DNA of 61,967 nt, the filler included. It is 6 parts of 6 records of this genome, joined end to end, with 100 filler letters (N's around TTAATTAATTAA, not from the genome) between each part and the next. Parts side by side here need not be neighbours in the genome. Positions count along the whole stretch, not along the records: positions 39,409 to 48,591 come from SRR22947725_4632; positions 48,692 to 56,469 come from SRR22947725_4634; 4 more parts are not named here. The stretch is one strand, 5' to 3'. A model generated the notes under the pieces. The model made no database searches, was not told the DNA's origin, and worked only from the letters and a program-made list of their open reading frames with translations. Both the position numbers and the translations under genes were made by a program. Positions within the stretch are counted from its first letter, which is position 1; each line of letters opens with the position of its first letter. Shown piece after piece: positions 42,632 through 52,959 of the stretch.

Positions 42632-44047
42632 TTATTTTTTTCTACTTTTTTTAGCGTTAGAAGCTTTTTTTGTTTTTGAGGAAGATTTAACTTTTTTCTT
42701 CTCTTTTGCTTTTATTGGCTGATCTTGCTTCATTAATTTTTCTAAGTCTTCTTTTTTTATTTGTTTAATTTTCAGTTTAGCTTTATCTTTTATAAAATTA
42801 ATAACTTTTTCCTCAAATAAAGGGCCTTTTAATTTTGTCAATTCACCAGGATTTTTTTGATAATACTCTTTGATTGTTTTCTCTTGACCAGGATACATTT
42901 TTAATTGTTTTTCAAGTTCTGTTTGCAATTCATGAGGTGAAACTTTTATAGAGTTTTCATCTGCAATATGAGTCAGTACTAAAGCAAGCTTTACCCTCCT
43001 CTCAGATATTTTCTTTAATTCTTTTTTATCCTTTTCATCTAATTTAATTTTTGAATGATCCTTTTCACCTTTTTCCCTCATTTTTTCATGAATTAAAGTA
43101 TGTTCAACACTTTTCATTTCATTTTCCAACATACCTTTTGGCAAATCAAGTTTGTATTCTTTATCCAGTATATCTAATATTTCTTTATTCAAAAGTTGAT
43201 TGGTTATATTTTCGAATTCTTGAGAAATTTGTTTTTCAATCATAGACTCTAGATCTTTTAAATCCTTTGCACCCATATTTTTTGCAAAGGCGTCATCAAT
43301 TTTTTGTTCTGAAGGTTTTTTAATATTTAAGATCTTACATTTAAATTTTGTTTTTTTACCAGCCAATTCTTTTTTTGGATAATTATCTGGCAAATTTACG
43401 ATTGCTATTTTTTCTTCATTTTTTTTTGATCCTAATATTTGTTTATCGAAACCTTTTATAAATAAATCTTTGCCTAATACGATTTGTAGCTTTTCTCCTT
43501 TGTTACCTTCGAAAGGCTTACCATCTACTGTTGCCTCAAAACTAAATTCTACTAAATCATCTTTAACAGCAGGTTCTTTCAAATCTTTATCATTATATTT
43601 TTTTGAACTTTCAGCCAATTGATTAAGTCGGGCATCCAAATCTTTTTTATCAGGAATAACTTGAAGTTTTTCTAATTGAATTTTATCTAATTGAATTTTT
43701 TTAATCTCAGGAACTTTTTCAACATTGATTGTAAACTCTAAATCGCTGTCTTCTCCTGAAGACTTAATATCTATTTTAGGCTGACTTGCAGGTTTAATTT
43801 TTTTTTCTTTTAACGCCTGTTGAACAGACTCGTTAATTGTCTTTTCAAAAACTTCTCCATAAAGAGCTTTACCGAATTGTTTTAATAATAGACCTTTAGG
43901 TGCTTTACCCGGTCTAAATCCTTTAATATTAATATTATCTTTAACCTCATCTAATCTATCATTAATTTTTTCTTGAATTTCTTTTTTTGTCACAACCACA
44001 TTAAGATTTGACTCTAGTCCTTTTGATGACGTTACATTTACTTTCAT
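42632..44047 (-). CDS. tig: Trigger factor
   Basis: GFRPGKAP ribosome-binding motif, FKBP domain and tig-clpP-clpX-lon synteny. Confidence 0.96.
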   Translation of the reverse strand: MKVNVTSSKGLESNLNVVVTKKEIQEKINDRLDEVKDNINIKGFRPGKAPKGLLLKQFGKALYGEVFEKTINESVQQALKEKKIKPASQPKIDIKSSGEDSDLEFTINVEKVPEIKKIQLDKIQLEKLQVIPDKKDLDARLNQLAESSKKYNDKDLKEPAVKDDLVEFSFEATVDGKPFEGNKGEKLQIVLGKDLFIKGFDKQILGSKKNEEKIAIVNLPDNYPKKELAGKKTKFKCKILNIKKPSEQKIDDAFAKNMGAKDLKDLESMIEKQISQEFENITNQLLNKEILDILDKEYKLDLPKGMLENEMKSVEHTLIHEKMREKGEKDHSKIKLDEKDKKELKKISERRVKLALVLTHIADENSIKVSPHELQTELEKQLKMYPGQEKTIKEYYQKNPGELTKLKGPLFEEKVINFIKDKAKLKIKQIKKEDLEKLMKQDQPIKAKEKKKVKSSSKTKKASNAKKSRKK

Positions 44048-44070
44048 TTTATTCCTTATAATTCATTAAG

Positions 44071-44154
44071 TGGTGCGGGAGAAAGGACTTGAACCTTCAC
44101 TCGTTGCCGAACTAGTTCCTAAGACTAGCGTGTCTACCATTCCACCACTCCCGC
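44071..44154 (-). tRNA. tRNA-Leu(TAG)
   Basis: Reverse complement GCGGGAG...CTAGT-CTTAGGA-ACTAG, variable arm, GGTTCAAGTCC and encoded CCA. Confidence 0.97.
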
Positions 44155-44217
44155 TGTTAGTTTTCAGCTTTTATAATGTTTTTGATCATTTTATCAATTG
44201 CCGATTTATCTATAAAT

Positions 44218-44991
44218 TTATTGCGATGTCCAAGATCCATCAATAGAAATAGCGGCTCCTGTAATTTCTGATGCTTCTTTTGAGCTCAAAAAGTATATTA
44301 ATTTTGCAATTTGCTCCTTTTTTATAAATTTTAAAGAAGGCTGTTTTTCCTTTAGAAGCTCAAGTTCTGCATCTTTAATACTAATGCTTTTATTTTTTGC
44401 TATTGTAACTATCTGATCCTCTATCAAATTTGTTAATACAAATCCTGGGCATATAGAATTGCATGTAATGTTCTCTTCAGCAGTCTCCAAAGCAACTGCT
44501 TTTGTGAGACCAACCAAACCATGTTTAGATGCAGTATATGCTGATTTTTTTTTAGAAGCTATCAATCCATGTGTTGAGGCAATATTGATTATTCTTCCCC
44601 ATTTTCTTTTTCTCATATATGGCAAAATCTCTTTAATAAATAAATAAGGAGTTGTTAAATTTATATCCATCATATTTCTCCATATTTTTTCAGGGTAATT
44701 CTCGATACTTTCTACATACTGAATTCCTGCACAGTTAACTAGAATGTCAATACTTTTAAATTTTTTGATAGAGGACTTTGTAATTTTTTTCACATTTACG
44801 CTTTTCGTTAAATCGCAATTATAAAATAGAGCTCTATTAGACTTAAACTGCATTTTTACAGCTTTAAGTTGTGAAGGTTTACACTTGCCATTTATTACAA
44901 CATTGTATCCTTTTGAGTAAAAATACTTGGAAATGGAAAGGCCAATAACTCCTGTTGAACCTGTTACTAATATAGTCTTTTTTCTACTCAT
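44218..44991 (-). CDS. bdhA: 3-hydroxybutyrate dehydrogenase (SDR)
   Basis: AGIQ, IASTHGL.AS..KSAYTASKHG, ICPG and EKQPS are HBDH-type motifs. Confidence 0.85.
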   Translation of the reverse strand: MSRKKTILVTGSTGVIGLSISKYFYSKGYNVVINGKCKPSQLKAVKMQFKSNRALFYNCDLTKSVNVKKITKSSIKKFKSIDILVNCAGIQYVESIENYPEKIWRNMMDINLTTPYLFIKEILPYMRKRKWGRIINIASTHGLIASKKKSAYTASKHGLVGLTKAVALETAEENITCNSICPGFVLTNLIEDQIVTIAKNKSISIKDAELELLKEKQPSLKFIKKEQIAKLIYFLSSKEASEITGAAISIDGSWTSQ

Positions 44992-45116
44992 AAATAATCT
45001 TAATAATAGCTTAGATTATGCATAAATGCATATCTGGCATAACTAAAAAACACTACATTTATAATTCTTTTTTTATATTTTGCATCATTGAAAAAATTAA
45101 AAAGGAGCAAAAGAGT

Positions 45117-46523
45117 ATGAGTGCAGCTGACATTTTAAAAATTATAAAAGAAAAAGAAGTTGAATACGTAGATTTAAGATTTACAGATCCAAGAGGAAAA
45201 CTTCAACATTTAACTCAAGATATTTCTACTGTTGATGAAGGTTTATTAAATGATGGAGTGTTTTTTGATGGTTCATCTATAGCTGGTTGGAAGGCAATTA
45301 ACGAATCAGACATGGTATTAAAACCTGATACTAGTAGATCTTTTATTGATCCATTTATGTCTCACAATACCATGGTACTTTTTTGCGATATCTACGATCC
45401 AATTACAAAAGATAAGTATGAAAGGGATCCGAGATCTACAGCTAAACTTGCTGAAGAATATGTAAAAAAGTCTGGTGTGGGTGACACCATATATTTTGGA
45501 CCTGAGCCAGAATTTTTTGTGTTTGACGATGTTAGATTTGCAAATTCTATGAATAAAACAAGTTTCGAAATAGATAGCAGTGAAGGACCGTACAATACTG
45601 ATAAAAAGTATGAAAATGGAAACCTGGGCCATAGACCAGGAATTAAAGGTGGTTACTTCCCAGTTCCCCCTGTTGACAGCGCTCAAGATTTAAGAGCTGA
45701 GTGTCTAAAAGCATGTAAAGACATGGGTGTGAAAGTTGAAAAACATCACCATGAAGTTGCTCCTTCTCAACACGAACTTGGAGTATTATTTGATACATTA
45801 ACTCGTAACGCAGACAACATGCAAATTTATAAGTACGCTGTACATCAGGTGGCAAACTCATTTGGTAAAACTGCAACATTTATGCCAAAACCAGTTAAGG
45901 GTGATAACGGTTCAGGTATGCACTGTCATCAATCAATTTGGAAAAATGGAAAACCTCTTTTTGCAGGAGATGGTTATGCAGGGTTATCTGAAACCTGCTT
46001 ACATTATATTGGTGGTATCATTAAACACGCAAAAGCTATTAATGCATTTACAAATTCAACAACTAATAGTTATAAAAGATTAATCCCTGGATTTGAGGCA
46101 CCAGTATTACTTGCTTATTCATCGAGAAATAGATCTGCGAGTTGTAGAATTCCTTTCAGCAACAGTCCAAATGGCAAAAGGGTTGAAGTCCGTTTCCCAG
46201 ATGCTGCTGGTAATCCCTATTTAACATTTGCATCAATGCTAATGGCAGGATTAGATGGAATTAAGAATAAAATTGATCCAGGTAAACCTTTTGATAAAGA
46301 TTTATATGCTTTATCTGAAGAAGAATTAAAAGGGGTTCCAACTGTATGTGGATCTCTAAGAGAAGCTGTAATATCGCTAGATGCGGACAGAAAATTCCTA
46401 ACAGAAGGTGGAGTTTTCACTGACGATCAAATTGATGCATATATTGACTTGAAGATGGAAGAAATTCATAATTTTGAACACACTCCACATCCTATCGAGT
46501 TTCAAATGTATTATAGCTCATAA
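45117..46523 (+). CDS. glnA: Glutamine synthetase type I
   Basis: [29 protein letters not shown] and DKDLY; ATG at 45117 follows AAGGAG. Confidence 0.99.
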   Translation: MSAADILKIIKEKEVEYVDLRFTDPRGKLQHLTQDISTVDEGLLNDGVFFDGSSIAGWKAINESDMVLKPDTSRSFIDPFMSHNTMVLFCDIYDPITKDKYERDPRSTAKLAEEYVKKSGVGDTIYFGPEPEFFVFDDVRFANSMNKTSFEIDSSEGPYNTDKKYENGNLGHRPGIKGGYFPVPPVDSAQDLRAECLKACKDMGVKVEKHHHEVAPSQHELGVLFDTLTRNADNMQIYKYAVHQVANSFGKTATFMPKPVKGDNGSGMHCHQSIWKNGKPLFAGDGYAGLSETCLHYIGGIIKHAKAINAFTNSTTNSYKRLIPGFEAPVLLAYSSRNRSASCRIPFSNSPNGKRVEVRFPDAAGNPYLTFASMLMAGLDGIKNKIDPGKPFDKDLYALSEEELKGVPTVCGSLREAVISLDADRKFLTEGGVFTDDQIDAYIDLKMEEIHNFEHTPHPIEFQMYYSS

Positions 46524-46549
46524 TACACAACTAAAATTTTTCTATAAAT

Positions 46550-46582
46550 AAAACCCCGGTTAAAACACCAGGGTTTTTTTTT
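46550..46582 (+). terminator. Rho-independent terminator after glnA
   Basis: AAAACCCCGGT-TAAAAC-ACCAGGG followed by T9, with one mismatch in the stem. Confidence 0.8.
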
Positions 46583-46620
46583 ATAATTGATAATTTTATA
46601 ATTTTACTTAAAGGTTTATT

Positions 46621-48561
46621 ATGGCCGTTTCGAAAAGTTATACTGCAAAAGATATTGAGGTATTAGAGGGTTTAGCTCCAGTTAGAAAACGTCCTGGAAT
46701 GTATATTGGTGGTACTGATGAAACTGCATACCATCATTTAGCTAACGAAATATTAGACAATAGTATCGATGAGGCGGTAGCTGGTTACGCAAAAGAAATA
46801 GCGGTTAAATTAGTTAACAAAAATACAATTACTATTTCAGATGATGGACGTGGTATACCAATTGATAAACATCCAAGGAAGAAAAAAACAGCACTTGAAG
46901 TTGTAATGAGTACGCTTCACTCGGGTGGAAAGTTTAACGATAGTATCTATAAATCTTCAGCTGGTTTACACGGTGTGGGCTTATCGGTTGTAAATGCTCT
47001 AAGTTCAAAATTAAATATTCAAGTTACAAAGAATTCTAAAATATATTCTCAAGATTATTCAAAAGGAAAAATTTTAAATAAATTAAAAGTAAAAGGTAAA
47101 AACAAAATAAAAAACGGCACACTAATTACATTTTCTCCAGATCCTGAAATTTTTGGAAAAGATGTAAATTTTAAACCTGATAAAATATATGAATTGTCAA
47201 AAAACAAAGCTTATCTTCAAAGAGGAATTAAAATCTATTGGGAATGTAACAAAGATTTACTTAATAGAAAAAGCTCAGTACCTTCAAAAGAAATATTGCT
47301 ATTCTCGAAAGGTCTGGAAGATTTTTTAAAAAATGAAATTAGTCAAAAGAACGTTGTTCATGAAAAAGTATGTTTTCAATCTGGAAACCTAGAAGACAAA
47401 AAAGGTAGAATAGAATTTGCTATACAATTCAATAAAGAAAAAATAAAATATAGCAAAGTATTTTGTAATACCGTTTATAATATGAATGGCGGAACTCATG
47501 ATGCTGGTTTTAGATCTGGAATAGCAAAATCTATCAGGAAATATGCAAAAAATAAAAATAACAAAGTTGTAAGCAAAGCCACCCAAGATGACATTTTTGA
47601 TCAAACCGCATACATCCTTTCAGTTTTTATTTCTAATCCAGAGTTTGAAGGTCAAACTAAACATAAATTATCATCAAATTTTGTTCAAAAATATTGTGAT
47701 AGTTTTGTAAGCTCGTCTTTTGATGAGTGGTTAAATAGAAACTCAAAAATAGCAAAAAATATTCTTAATGTTTTAGAAGAAAAAATTAGAGAAAAAAGTA
47801 TTTATGATTTGAGTCAAAATGTTGAAAGGCAAAATGCATTTCGAAAAATTAGACTTCCAGGAAAATTATCAGATTGCACTAGTGATAAAACAGAAGGTAC
47901 TGAACTATTTATAGTCGAGGGTGACTCTGCTGGAGGTTCAGCCAAACAGGCAAGAGACCGAATGACCCAAGCTATACTTCCGCTCAGAGGAAAAATTCTT
48001 AATGTTAAAAACTCTAATGCTTCAAAAATTCTGGCTAATAATGAAATTAATAATTTATTACAAGCACTTGGGTGTGGTAGAGGTAAAAATTATTCAAAAA
48101 AAGATCTGAGATATGAAAAAATTATAATTATGACGGATGCAGATGTTGATGGAGATCATATTTCTACCTTGCTATTAACATTTTTTATTTCGGAAATGCC
48201 TCAGTTAATTCATGATGGAAACTTATATCTAGCAGTTCCACCTCTATACAAACTAAATATTTCTGGAAAAACAATCTATGCAATTGATGATTTGGAAAAA
48301 AATAGATTGCTCAACAAAAATAAAAAATCAAAAATTGAAATAAGTCGATTTAAAGGTCTTGGCGAAATGATGCCGGCACAACTAAAAGAGACAACTATGA
48401 ATAAGGAAACCCGTAAGCTTATCAAAGTAAATTTACCGTCTCAAAGACAAAAACTTAAAAATATAAATAAATTAGTAAATGACCTTATGGGAAAAAATGC
48501 TGAATTAAGATTAAAGTTTATAACTGAAAACGCGAATAGAAATTTAAGTTTAGACATTTGA
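46621..48561 (+). CDS. parE: DNA topoisomerase IV subunit B
   Basis: VRKRPGMYIGGTD, EGDSAGGS, PLRGKILN, TDADVDG and SRFKGLGEM; 646 aa, lacking the proteobacterial GyrB insertion. Confidence 0.92.
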   Translation: MAVSKSYTAKDIEVLEGLAPVRKRPGMYIGGTDETAYHHLANEILDNSIDEAVAGYAKEIAVKLVNKNTITISDDGRGIPIDKHPRKKKTALEVVMSTLHSGGKFNDSIYKSSAGLHGVGLSVVNALSSKLNIQVTKNSKIYSQDYSKGKILNKLKVKGKNKIKNGTLITFSPDPEIFGKDVNFKPDKIYELSKNKAYLQRGIKIYWECNKDLLNRKSSVPSKEILLFSKGLEDFLKNEISQKNVVHEKVCFQSGNLEDKKGRIEFAIQFNKEKIKYSKVFCNTVYNMNGGTHDAGFRSGIAKSIRKYAKNKNNKVVSKATQDDIFDQTAYILSVFISNPEFEGQTKHKLSSNFVQKYCDSFVSSSFDEWLNRNSKIAKNILNVLEEKIREKSIYDLSQNVERQNAFRKIRLPGKLSDCTSDKTEGTELFIVEGDSAGGSAKQARDRMTQAILPLRGKILNVKNSNASKILANNEINNLLQALGCGRGKNYSKKDLRYEKIIIMTDADVDGDHISTLLLTFFISEMPQLIHDGNLYLAVPPLYKLNISGKTIYAIDDLEKNRLLNKNKKSKIEISRFKGLGEMMPAQLKETTMNKETRKLIKVNLPSQRQKLKNINKLVNDLMGKNAELRLKFITENANRNLSLDI

Positions 48562-48591
48562 TGGTGCCCAAAGACGGAATCGAACCGCCAA
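48562..48591 (-). tRNA. 3' fragment of a tRNA (T-arm and acceptor strand; resembles tRNA-Phe), cut by contig end
   Basis: Reverse complement TTGGCGGTTCGATTCCGTCTTTGGGCACCA; the anticodon is absent, so the identity is inferred. Confidence 0.8.
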
Positions 48592-48691
48592 NNNNNNNNN
48601 NNNNNNNNNNNNNNNNNNNNNNNNNNNNNNNNNNNTTAATTAATTAANNNNNNNNNNNNNNNNNNNNNNNNNNNNNNNNNNNNNNNNNNNN
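48592..48691. other. Artificial contig linker
   Basis: N44-TTAATTAATTAA-N44. Confidence 0.98.
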
Positions 48692-48781
48692 GCGGAGAGA
48701 CAGGGATTCGAACCCTGGGTAAGTGTTTCCACCTACGACGATTTAGCAAACCGCTCCTTTCGGCCACTCAGGCACCTCTCC
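48692..48781 (-). tRNA. tRNA-Ser(GCT)
   Basis: Reverse complement GGAGAGG...GCGGT-TTGCTAA-ATCGT, long variable arm and GGTTCGAATCCC...TCTCTCCG. Confidence 0.95.
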
Positions 48782-48817
48782 AATTGACTAAAATAAGTCA
48801 ACAATTTTATGCGGTTG

Positions 48818-48825
48818 CAAATGTA
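48818..48825 (-). promoter_or_regulatory. Bacteroidetes -7 promoter element of tRNA-Ser
   Basis: Minus strand TACATTTG matches TAnnTTTG, with TTG about 20 nt further upstream. Confidence 0.75.
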
Positions 48826-48873
48826 ACTTTTCATCTTAAACAACGCAAGTTATTTATTTAAAATTTTTATGTG

Positions 48874-50943
48874 TTACTGAGGATACTCAATTCTAATATG
48901 GAAAATATTAATAAGCTTATTAATAAGAACTTTTTTAATAACTTCAATTTCTTTAAAAGTAATGTTAGCATTAATAAACTGACCACTGTTTATTTGTTTA
49001 GAAATAATATTATTTACAAACTCATTAATTTTTGTGAAGTCTGGCTTATTTAAACTTTTAGAGGCTGCCTCTACTCCATCACACATCATAACGATTGCTG
49101 TTTCTTTAGAAAATGGCTTAGGACCTCCATACATATATTCATGTTTATCAGGTTTAATTTCTAACTTAGATTCTTTATTATAAAAATAATATACTAAGCT
49201 AGTTCCATGGTGGGTTCTTATAAAATCAATAACTCTTTCGGGAATATTGAATTTCCTAGCGATTTCTATACCTTCAATTACATGATTTAAAATAATTTGA
49301 ACGCTCTCTTTTGAACTAAGTTCATCATGAGGATTGACACCTGTCAGTTGATTTTCAGAAAAATAAGATGGATTATTCATTTTACCAATATCGTGATATA
49401 AAGCCCCAACCCTTGCCAAAAGAGAATTAGCACCAACTTCATTAGCAGCAGCTTCAGCTAGGTTTGCAACACTTAGAGAATGGTTAAAAGTACCAGGTGC
49501 TTTATCTGATAACAATTTTAATAATTTAGAGTTAGTGTCTGAAAGCTCAAGTAACGAGACATCAGAAACTAAACCAAATACTTTCTCGTATATATAAATT
49601 AGAGGATGAACAAACAAAGTACCTAAACCACATAAAATAAATAAGGCAAAATTTTCAAGTCTGATAAATTCAATACCACCTTCATGAATTACAAAAAAAG
49701 AAAAATAAGCTAATATATAAATACCTGTAATTTGAGTTACTGCGATAAATAAATTAGCTCTTTTATATAAATCTGAGACAGATAAAATAGTTACTATTCC
49801 TGCAATAATATTTAAAAAAATATATTCAAAATTATTAGGAACTATAAAACCAATTAATAGAATTGTAACTGTATGAACAAAGAAAGAAGTTCTTGAATCA
49901 AAAAATGCTTTAAGAATCAAAGGAAGTATACAAATAGGAATAACATAAATATATAATGAGTTTAACTTAACAACTAATGTGGTTAAACCAATCATTAAAA
50001 TAATATTGAAATATATGAAGGTTAATTTATTATTATTTAAATAAAGTTCCTTTTTGTACTTGTTAAAAAATAGCAATATCATTATTAAACCTAATGAAAC
50101 TAAGATACTATAGGATAATATTATTAAGTTATAATTCTCTGTACTCCAATTTTCATTTTCATATTCCTTTTCAAGAGACTTTAAAATTATTAATTTCTCT
50201 TTATCGACAACTTCCCCTTTTGAAATAATTAGAGTTTGCTTATCAATCATACCTCTATAGTTTGAAACTTTAGAAATGGATTCATTATACGCGTTTTCCG
50301 ATAGACTTTTATTGTAAGTTATATTAGGTTGTAAGATCTCAAATAAAATAGACTTAATTCTATTTTCATTAATCTTGAAATCATTCTCAATGACTAAATT
50401 ATTGATGTAAGTAGACAAATCTTTAGGCATTAACAAATCAGAAAAAATTAAATTATCAATTATTATATTGTTAGAAATTATTGATAGTTTTTGTTCGTTA
50501 TCATAATCATAATTTGAATCTGCAAAACCTTTAGAATAAATTGTTTCTGCAATAAACTTTACTGAATTTATAATTGAATCTTTAGTTGGAGTCTTTACCA
50601 TGTCTTGAAAAAGATATTCAATACGATTATTTGTTAAAGAATCTAATTCGGAAGAACTACTTGTTTGATTGAAATAGACAGGTGTATTAATTTTAATATC
50701 CTTTATTTCTTTCTCTAAATCATTGGAACTTTTTAGTACAGCAAAATTAAATGGAGCGTATAAGTTTTCAGATTGCCATGGTTTACCATTTTCAAAACTA
50801 TATTGAAATTTTCCACTTTTCGGGAACATTGAAACTATTAGATAAACAGAGAGTAAAAGAAGTATAACTTTATATATGAAGTTGTAATTTTTATATAGCT
50901 TATTTAAATATTTAATCATCATTTTAAGTAGAATTATAAACAT
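48874..50943 (-). CDS. 7TM-HD (HDIG) phosphohydrolase, PgpH-like cyclic-di-AMP phosphodiesterase
   Basis: N-terminal TM, extracellular domain, multi-TM block, APGTFNHS, YHDIGK and HHGT; the true start may be a few codons downstream. Confidence 0.9.
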   Translation of the reverse strand: MFIILLKMMIKYLNKLYKNYNFIYKVILLLLSVYLIVSMFPKSGKFQYSFENGKPWQSENLYAPFNFAVLKSSNDLEKEIKDIKINTPVYFNQTSSSSELDSLTNNRIEYLFQDMVKTPTKDSIINSVKFIAETIYSKGFADSNYDYDNEQKLSIISNNIIIDNLIFSDLLMPKDLSTYINNLVIENDFKINENRIKSILFEILQPNITYNKSLSENAYNESISKVSNYRGMIDKQTLIISKGEVVDKEKLIILKSLEKEYENENWSTENYNLIILSYSILVSLGLIMILLFFNKYKKELYLNNNKLTFIYFNIILMIGLTTLVVKLNSLYIYVIPICILPLILKAFFDSRTSFFVHTVTILLIGFIVPNNFEYIFLNIIAGIVTILSVSDLYKRANLFIAVTQITGIYILAYFSFFVIHEGGIEFIRLENFALFILCGLGTLFVHPLIYIYEKVFGLVSDVSLLELSDTNSKLLKLLSDKAPGTFNHSLSVANLAEAAANEVGANSLLARVGALYHDIGKMNNPSYFSENQLTGVNPHDELSSKESVQIILNHVIEGIEIARKFNIPERVIDFIRTHHGTSLVYYFYNKESKLEIKPDKHEYMYGGPKPFSKETAIVMMCDGVEAASKSLNKPDFTKINEFVNNIISKQINSGQFINANITFKEIEVIKKVLINKLINIFHIRIEYPQ

Positions 50944-51031
50944 AAATTTAATGTTATTAATATTTACAAAAAATTTTATCTACAGATATTTTGTATAATT
51001 TTGTTACTTTCGTGAAATAACTAAATTATAT

Positions 51032-52207
51032 ATGAATGAAGTAGTAATTGTATCAGCTGTTAGAACTCCAATAGGTAGTTTTTTAGGAGCCTTATCAAAA
51101 GTATCAGCACCTGATTTAGGAGCCATAGCTATTAAAGGAGCTCTAGATAAAATTAATTTACACCCAAAAGAAGTCAATGAAGTATTAATGGGTCATGTTG
51201 TTCAAGCCGGAGTTGGTCAAGCACCTGCTAGACAAGCTGCATTAAAAGCCGGTATTCCAGAGGATGTTCCATGTACTACAGTGAACAAAGTTTGTTCATC
51301 TGGAATGAAAAGTATAATGCAAGCAGCTCAATCTATTGCCTTAGGAGATAACGAAGTTGTTATTGCTGGTGGAATGGAAAACATGAGTTTAATTCCTCAT
51401 TATTTCAATGCTAGAGTAGCTACTAAATTTGGATCAAAAGAAATAATCGATGGACTTCAATTAGATGGTCTAATAGATGTTTACAATAAACAAGCAATGG
51501 GATGTTTAGCAGATCTTTGTGCTAGTGAATTTAAATTATCAAAAAAAGATCAAGATGATTTTGCTGTAGAGTCTTATATGAAATCAAAAAATGCTTGGGA
51601 AAGTGGTAAATTCAAAAATGAAATAATACCTGTTGAAATAAAGGATAGAAGAGGGAATATTACTATAATAGATGAGGATGAAGAGTACAAGAACTTTAAC
51701 GAAGACAAACTAAGGTCATTAAAACCTGTATTTACAAAAGAAGGTACAGTCACTGCTGGAAATGCTTCTACAATTAATGATGGTGCATCGGCATTAGTTC
51801 TAATGAGTCTTGAAAAATGCAAATCTTTAAATTTAAATCCTATAGCTAAAATAATTGCATTCAGTGATGTTGCTCAGGATCCAAAATGGTTTACAACAAG
51901 TCCTGCTAAATCAGTTCCTAAAGTTTTAGAAAAAGCAAAATTAAAAATTGATGATATTGATTTGTTTGAACTTAATGAAGCTTTTTCTGTTGTTGGATTA
52001 GCAAATATTAAAATATTAAACATAAATAAAAATAAAGTAAATGTTAATGGAGGTGCTGTTTCATTAGGTCATCCTTTAGGTTGTTCTGGAGCAAGAATAG
52101 TTACTACTCTAATTAATAGTTTAATTCAAAATGATAAAAAAACTGGACTTGCCGCTATTTGTAACGGTGGTGGTGGTGCATCTTCAATAATTATACAACT
52201 TAACTAA
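51032..52207 (+). CDS. Acetyl-CoA C-acetyltransferase (thiolase)
   Basis: NKVCSSG, NEAF, GHPLGCSG and CNGGGG. Confidence 0.97.
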   Translation: MNEVVIVSAVRTPIGSFLGALSKVSAPDLGAIAIKGALDKINLHPKEVNEVLMGHVVQAGVGQAPARQAALKAGIPEDVPCTTVNKVCSSGMKSIMQAAQSIALGDNEVVIAGGMENMSLIPHYFNARVATKFGSKEIIDGLQLDGLIDVYNKQAMGCLADLCASEFKLSKKDQDDFAVESYMKSKNAWESGKFKNEIIPVEIKDRRGNITIIDEDEEYKNFNEDKLRSLKPVFTKEGTVTAGNASTINDGASALVLMSLEKCKSLNLNPIAKIIAFSDVAQDPKWFTTSPAKSVPKVLEKAKLKIDDIDLFELNEAFSVVGLANIKILNINKNKVNVNGGAVSLGHPLGCSGARIVTTLINSLIQNDKKTGLAAICNGGGGASSIIIQLN

Positions 52208-52209
52208 TA

Positions 52210-52959
52210 ATGTTATTTGGAATTTGTTTATTAAGTATTGTTCCAATGCGCGCAGAGCCTAAGGATACTAGCGAATTAGTTTCTCAAGTAATATATGGAG
52301 AAAGTTTTAAAATTTTAGAACAGAGATCCAAGTGGAGTTTAATAAAATTATCATTTGATGGTTATAAAGGTTGGATAGATAATAAACAACTAACTAAAAT
52401 TGATAAATCAACATATGATTCAATTATTACCAAAAAAAATATCTATTCATCAGATTTAATTGAATTCATTCAATTAAAAGAAAAAGGTTTACTAACAATT
52501 CCTATAGGTTCAAATTTAAAAAATATAGAATTATTTAATCATCATTTTGATGGGGATTCTATAAGCTCAGTTCTTCCAAAAGAAAACATAATAGAGACCT
52601 CATTACTATTACTCAACTCGCCTTATCTATGGGGCGGAAGAACTCCATTTGGAATTGATTGCTCTGGATTTACTCAATTGATTTACAAAATAAATGGATA
52701 TAAAATTGATAGAGATGCAAAAGATCAAGCTAAATTAGGACAAGTTCTTAGTTTTGTTCAGGAATCTGAACCTGGTGACCTTGCATTTTTTGACAATAAT
52801 GAAGGAGATATTGTACATGTTGGTATAATAATGAAAGATAATTATATAATACATGCACATGGACATGTAAGAATTGATAGATTAGATCAAACTGGAATAT
52901 ATAATGTAGATACTAAGAAGCACTCTCATAAGTTAAGAGTTATAAAGAAAATAATTTAA
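52210..52959 (+). CDS. SH3-NlpC/P60 (C40) peptidoglycan endopeptidase
   Basis: N-terminal SH3-like domain, PYLWGG, DCSG, HVGI and IHA. Confidence 0.93.
   Translation: MLFGICLLSIVPMRAEPKDTSELVSQVIYGESFKILEQRSKWSLIKLSFDGYKGWIDNKQLTKIDKSTYDSIITKKNIYSSDLIEFIQLKEKGLLTIPIGSNLKNIELFNHHFDGDSISSVLPKENIIETSLLLLNSPYLWGGRTPFGIDCSGFTQLIYKINGYKIDRDAKDQAKLGQVLSFVQESEPGDLAFFDNNEGDIVHVGIIMKDNYIIHAHGHVRIDRLDQTGIYNVDTKKHSHKLRVIKKII

Noticed and set aside
45034..45051. Possible sigma54 promoter (CTGGCA) upstream of glnA
   Set aside because: The -24 GG is present but there is no GC at -12.
45018..45116. 33-aa N-terminal extension of GlnA in the ORF track
   Set aside because: AAGGAG precedes ATG 45117, and homology to GlnA begins there.
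48562..48781. Two tRNA pieces flanking one gap, resembling a split tRNA or tRNA array
   Set aside because: They lie on different contigs joined by an artificial linker, and the Ser tRNA is essentially complete on its own.
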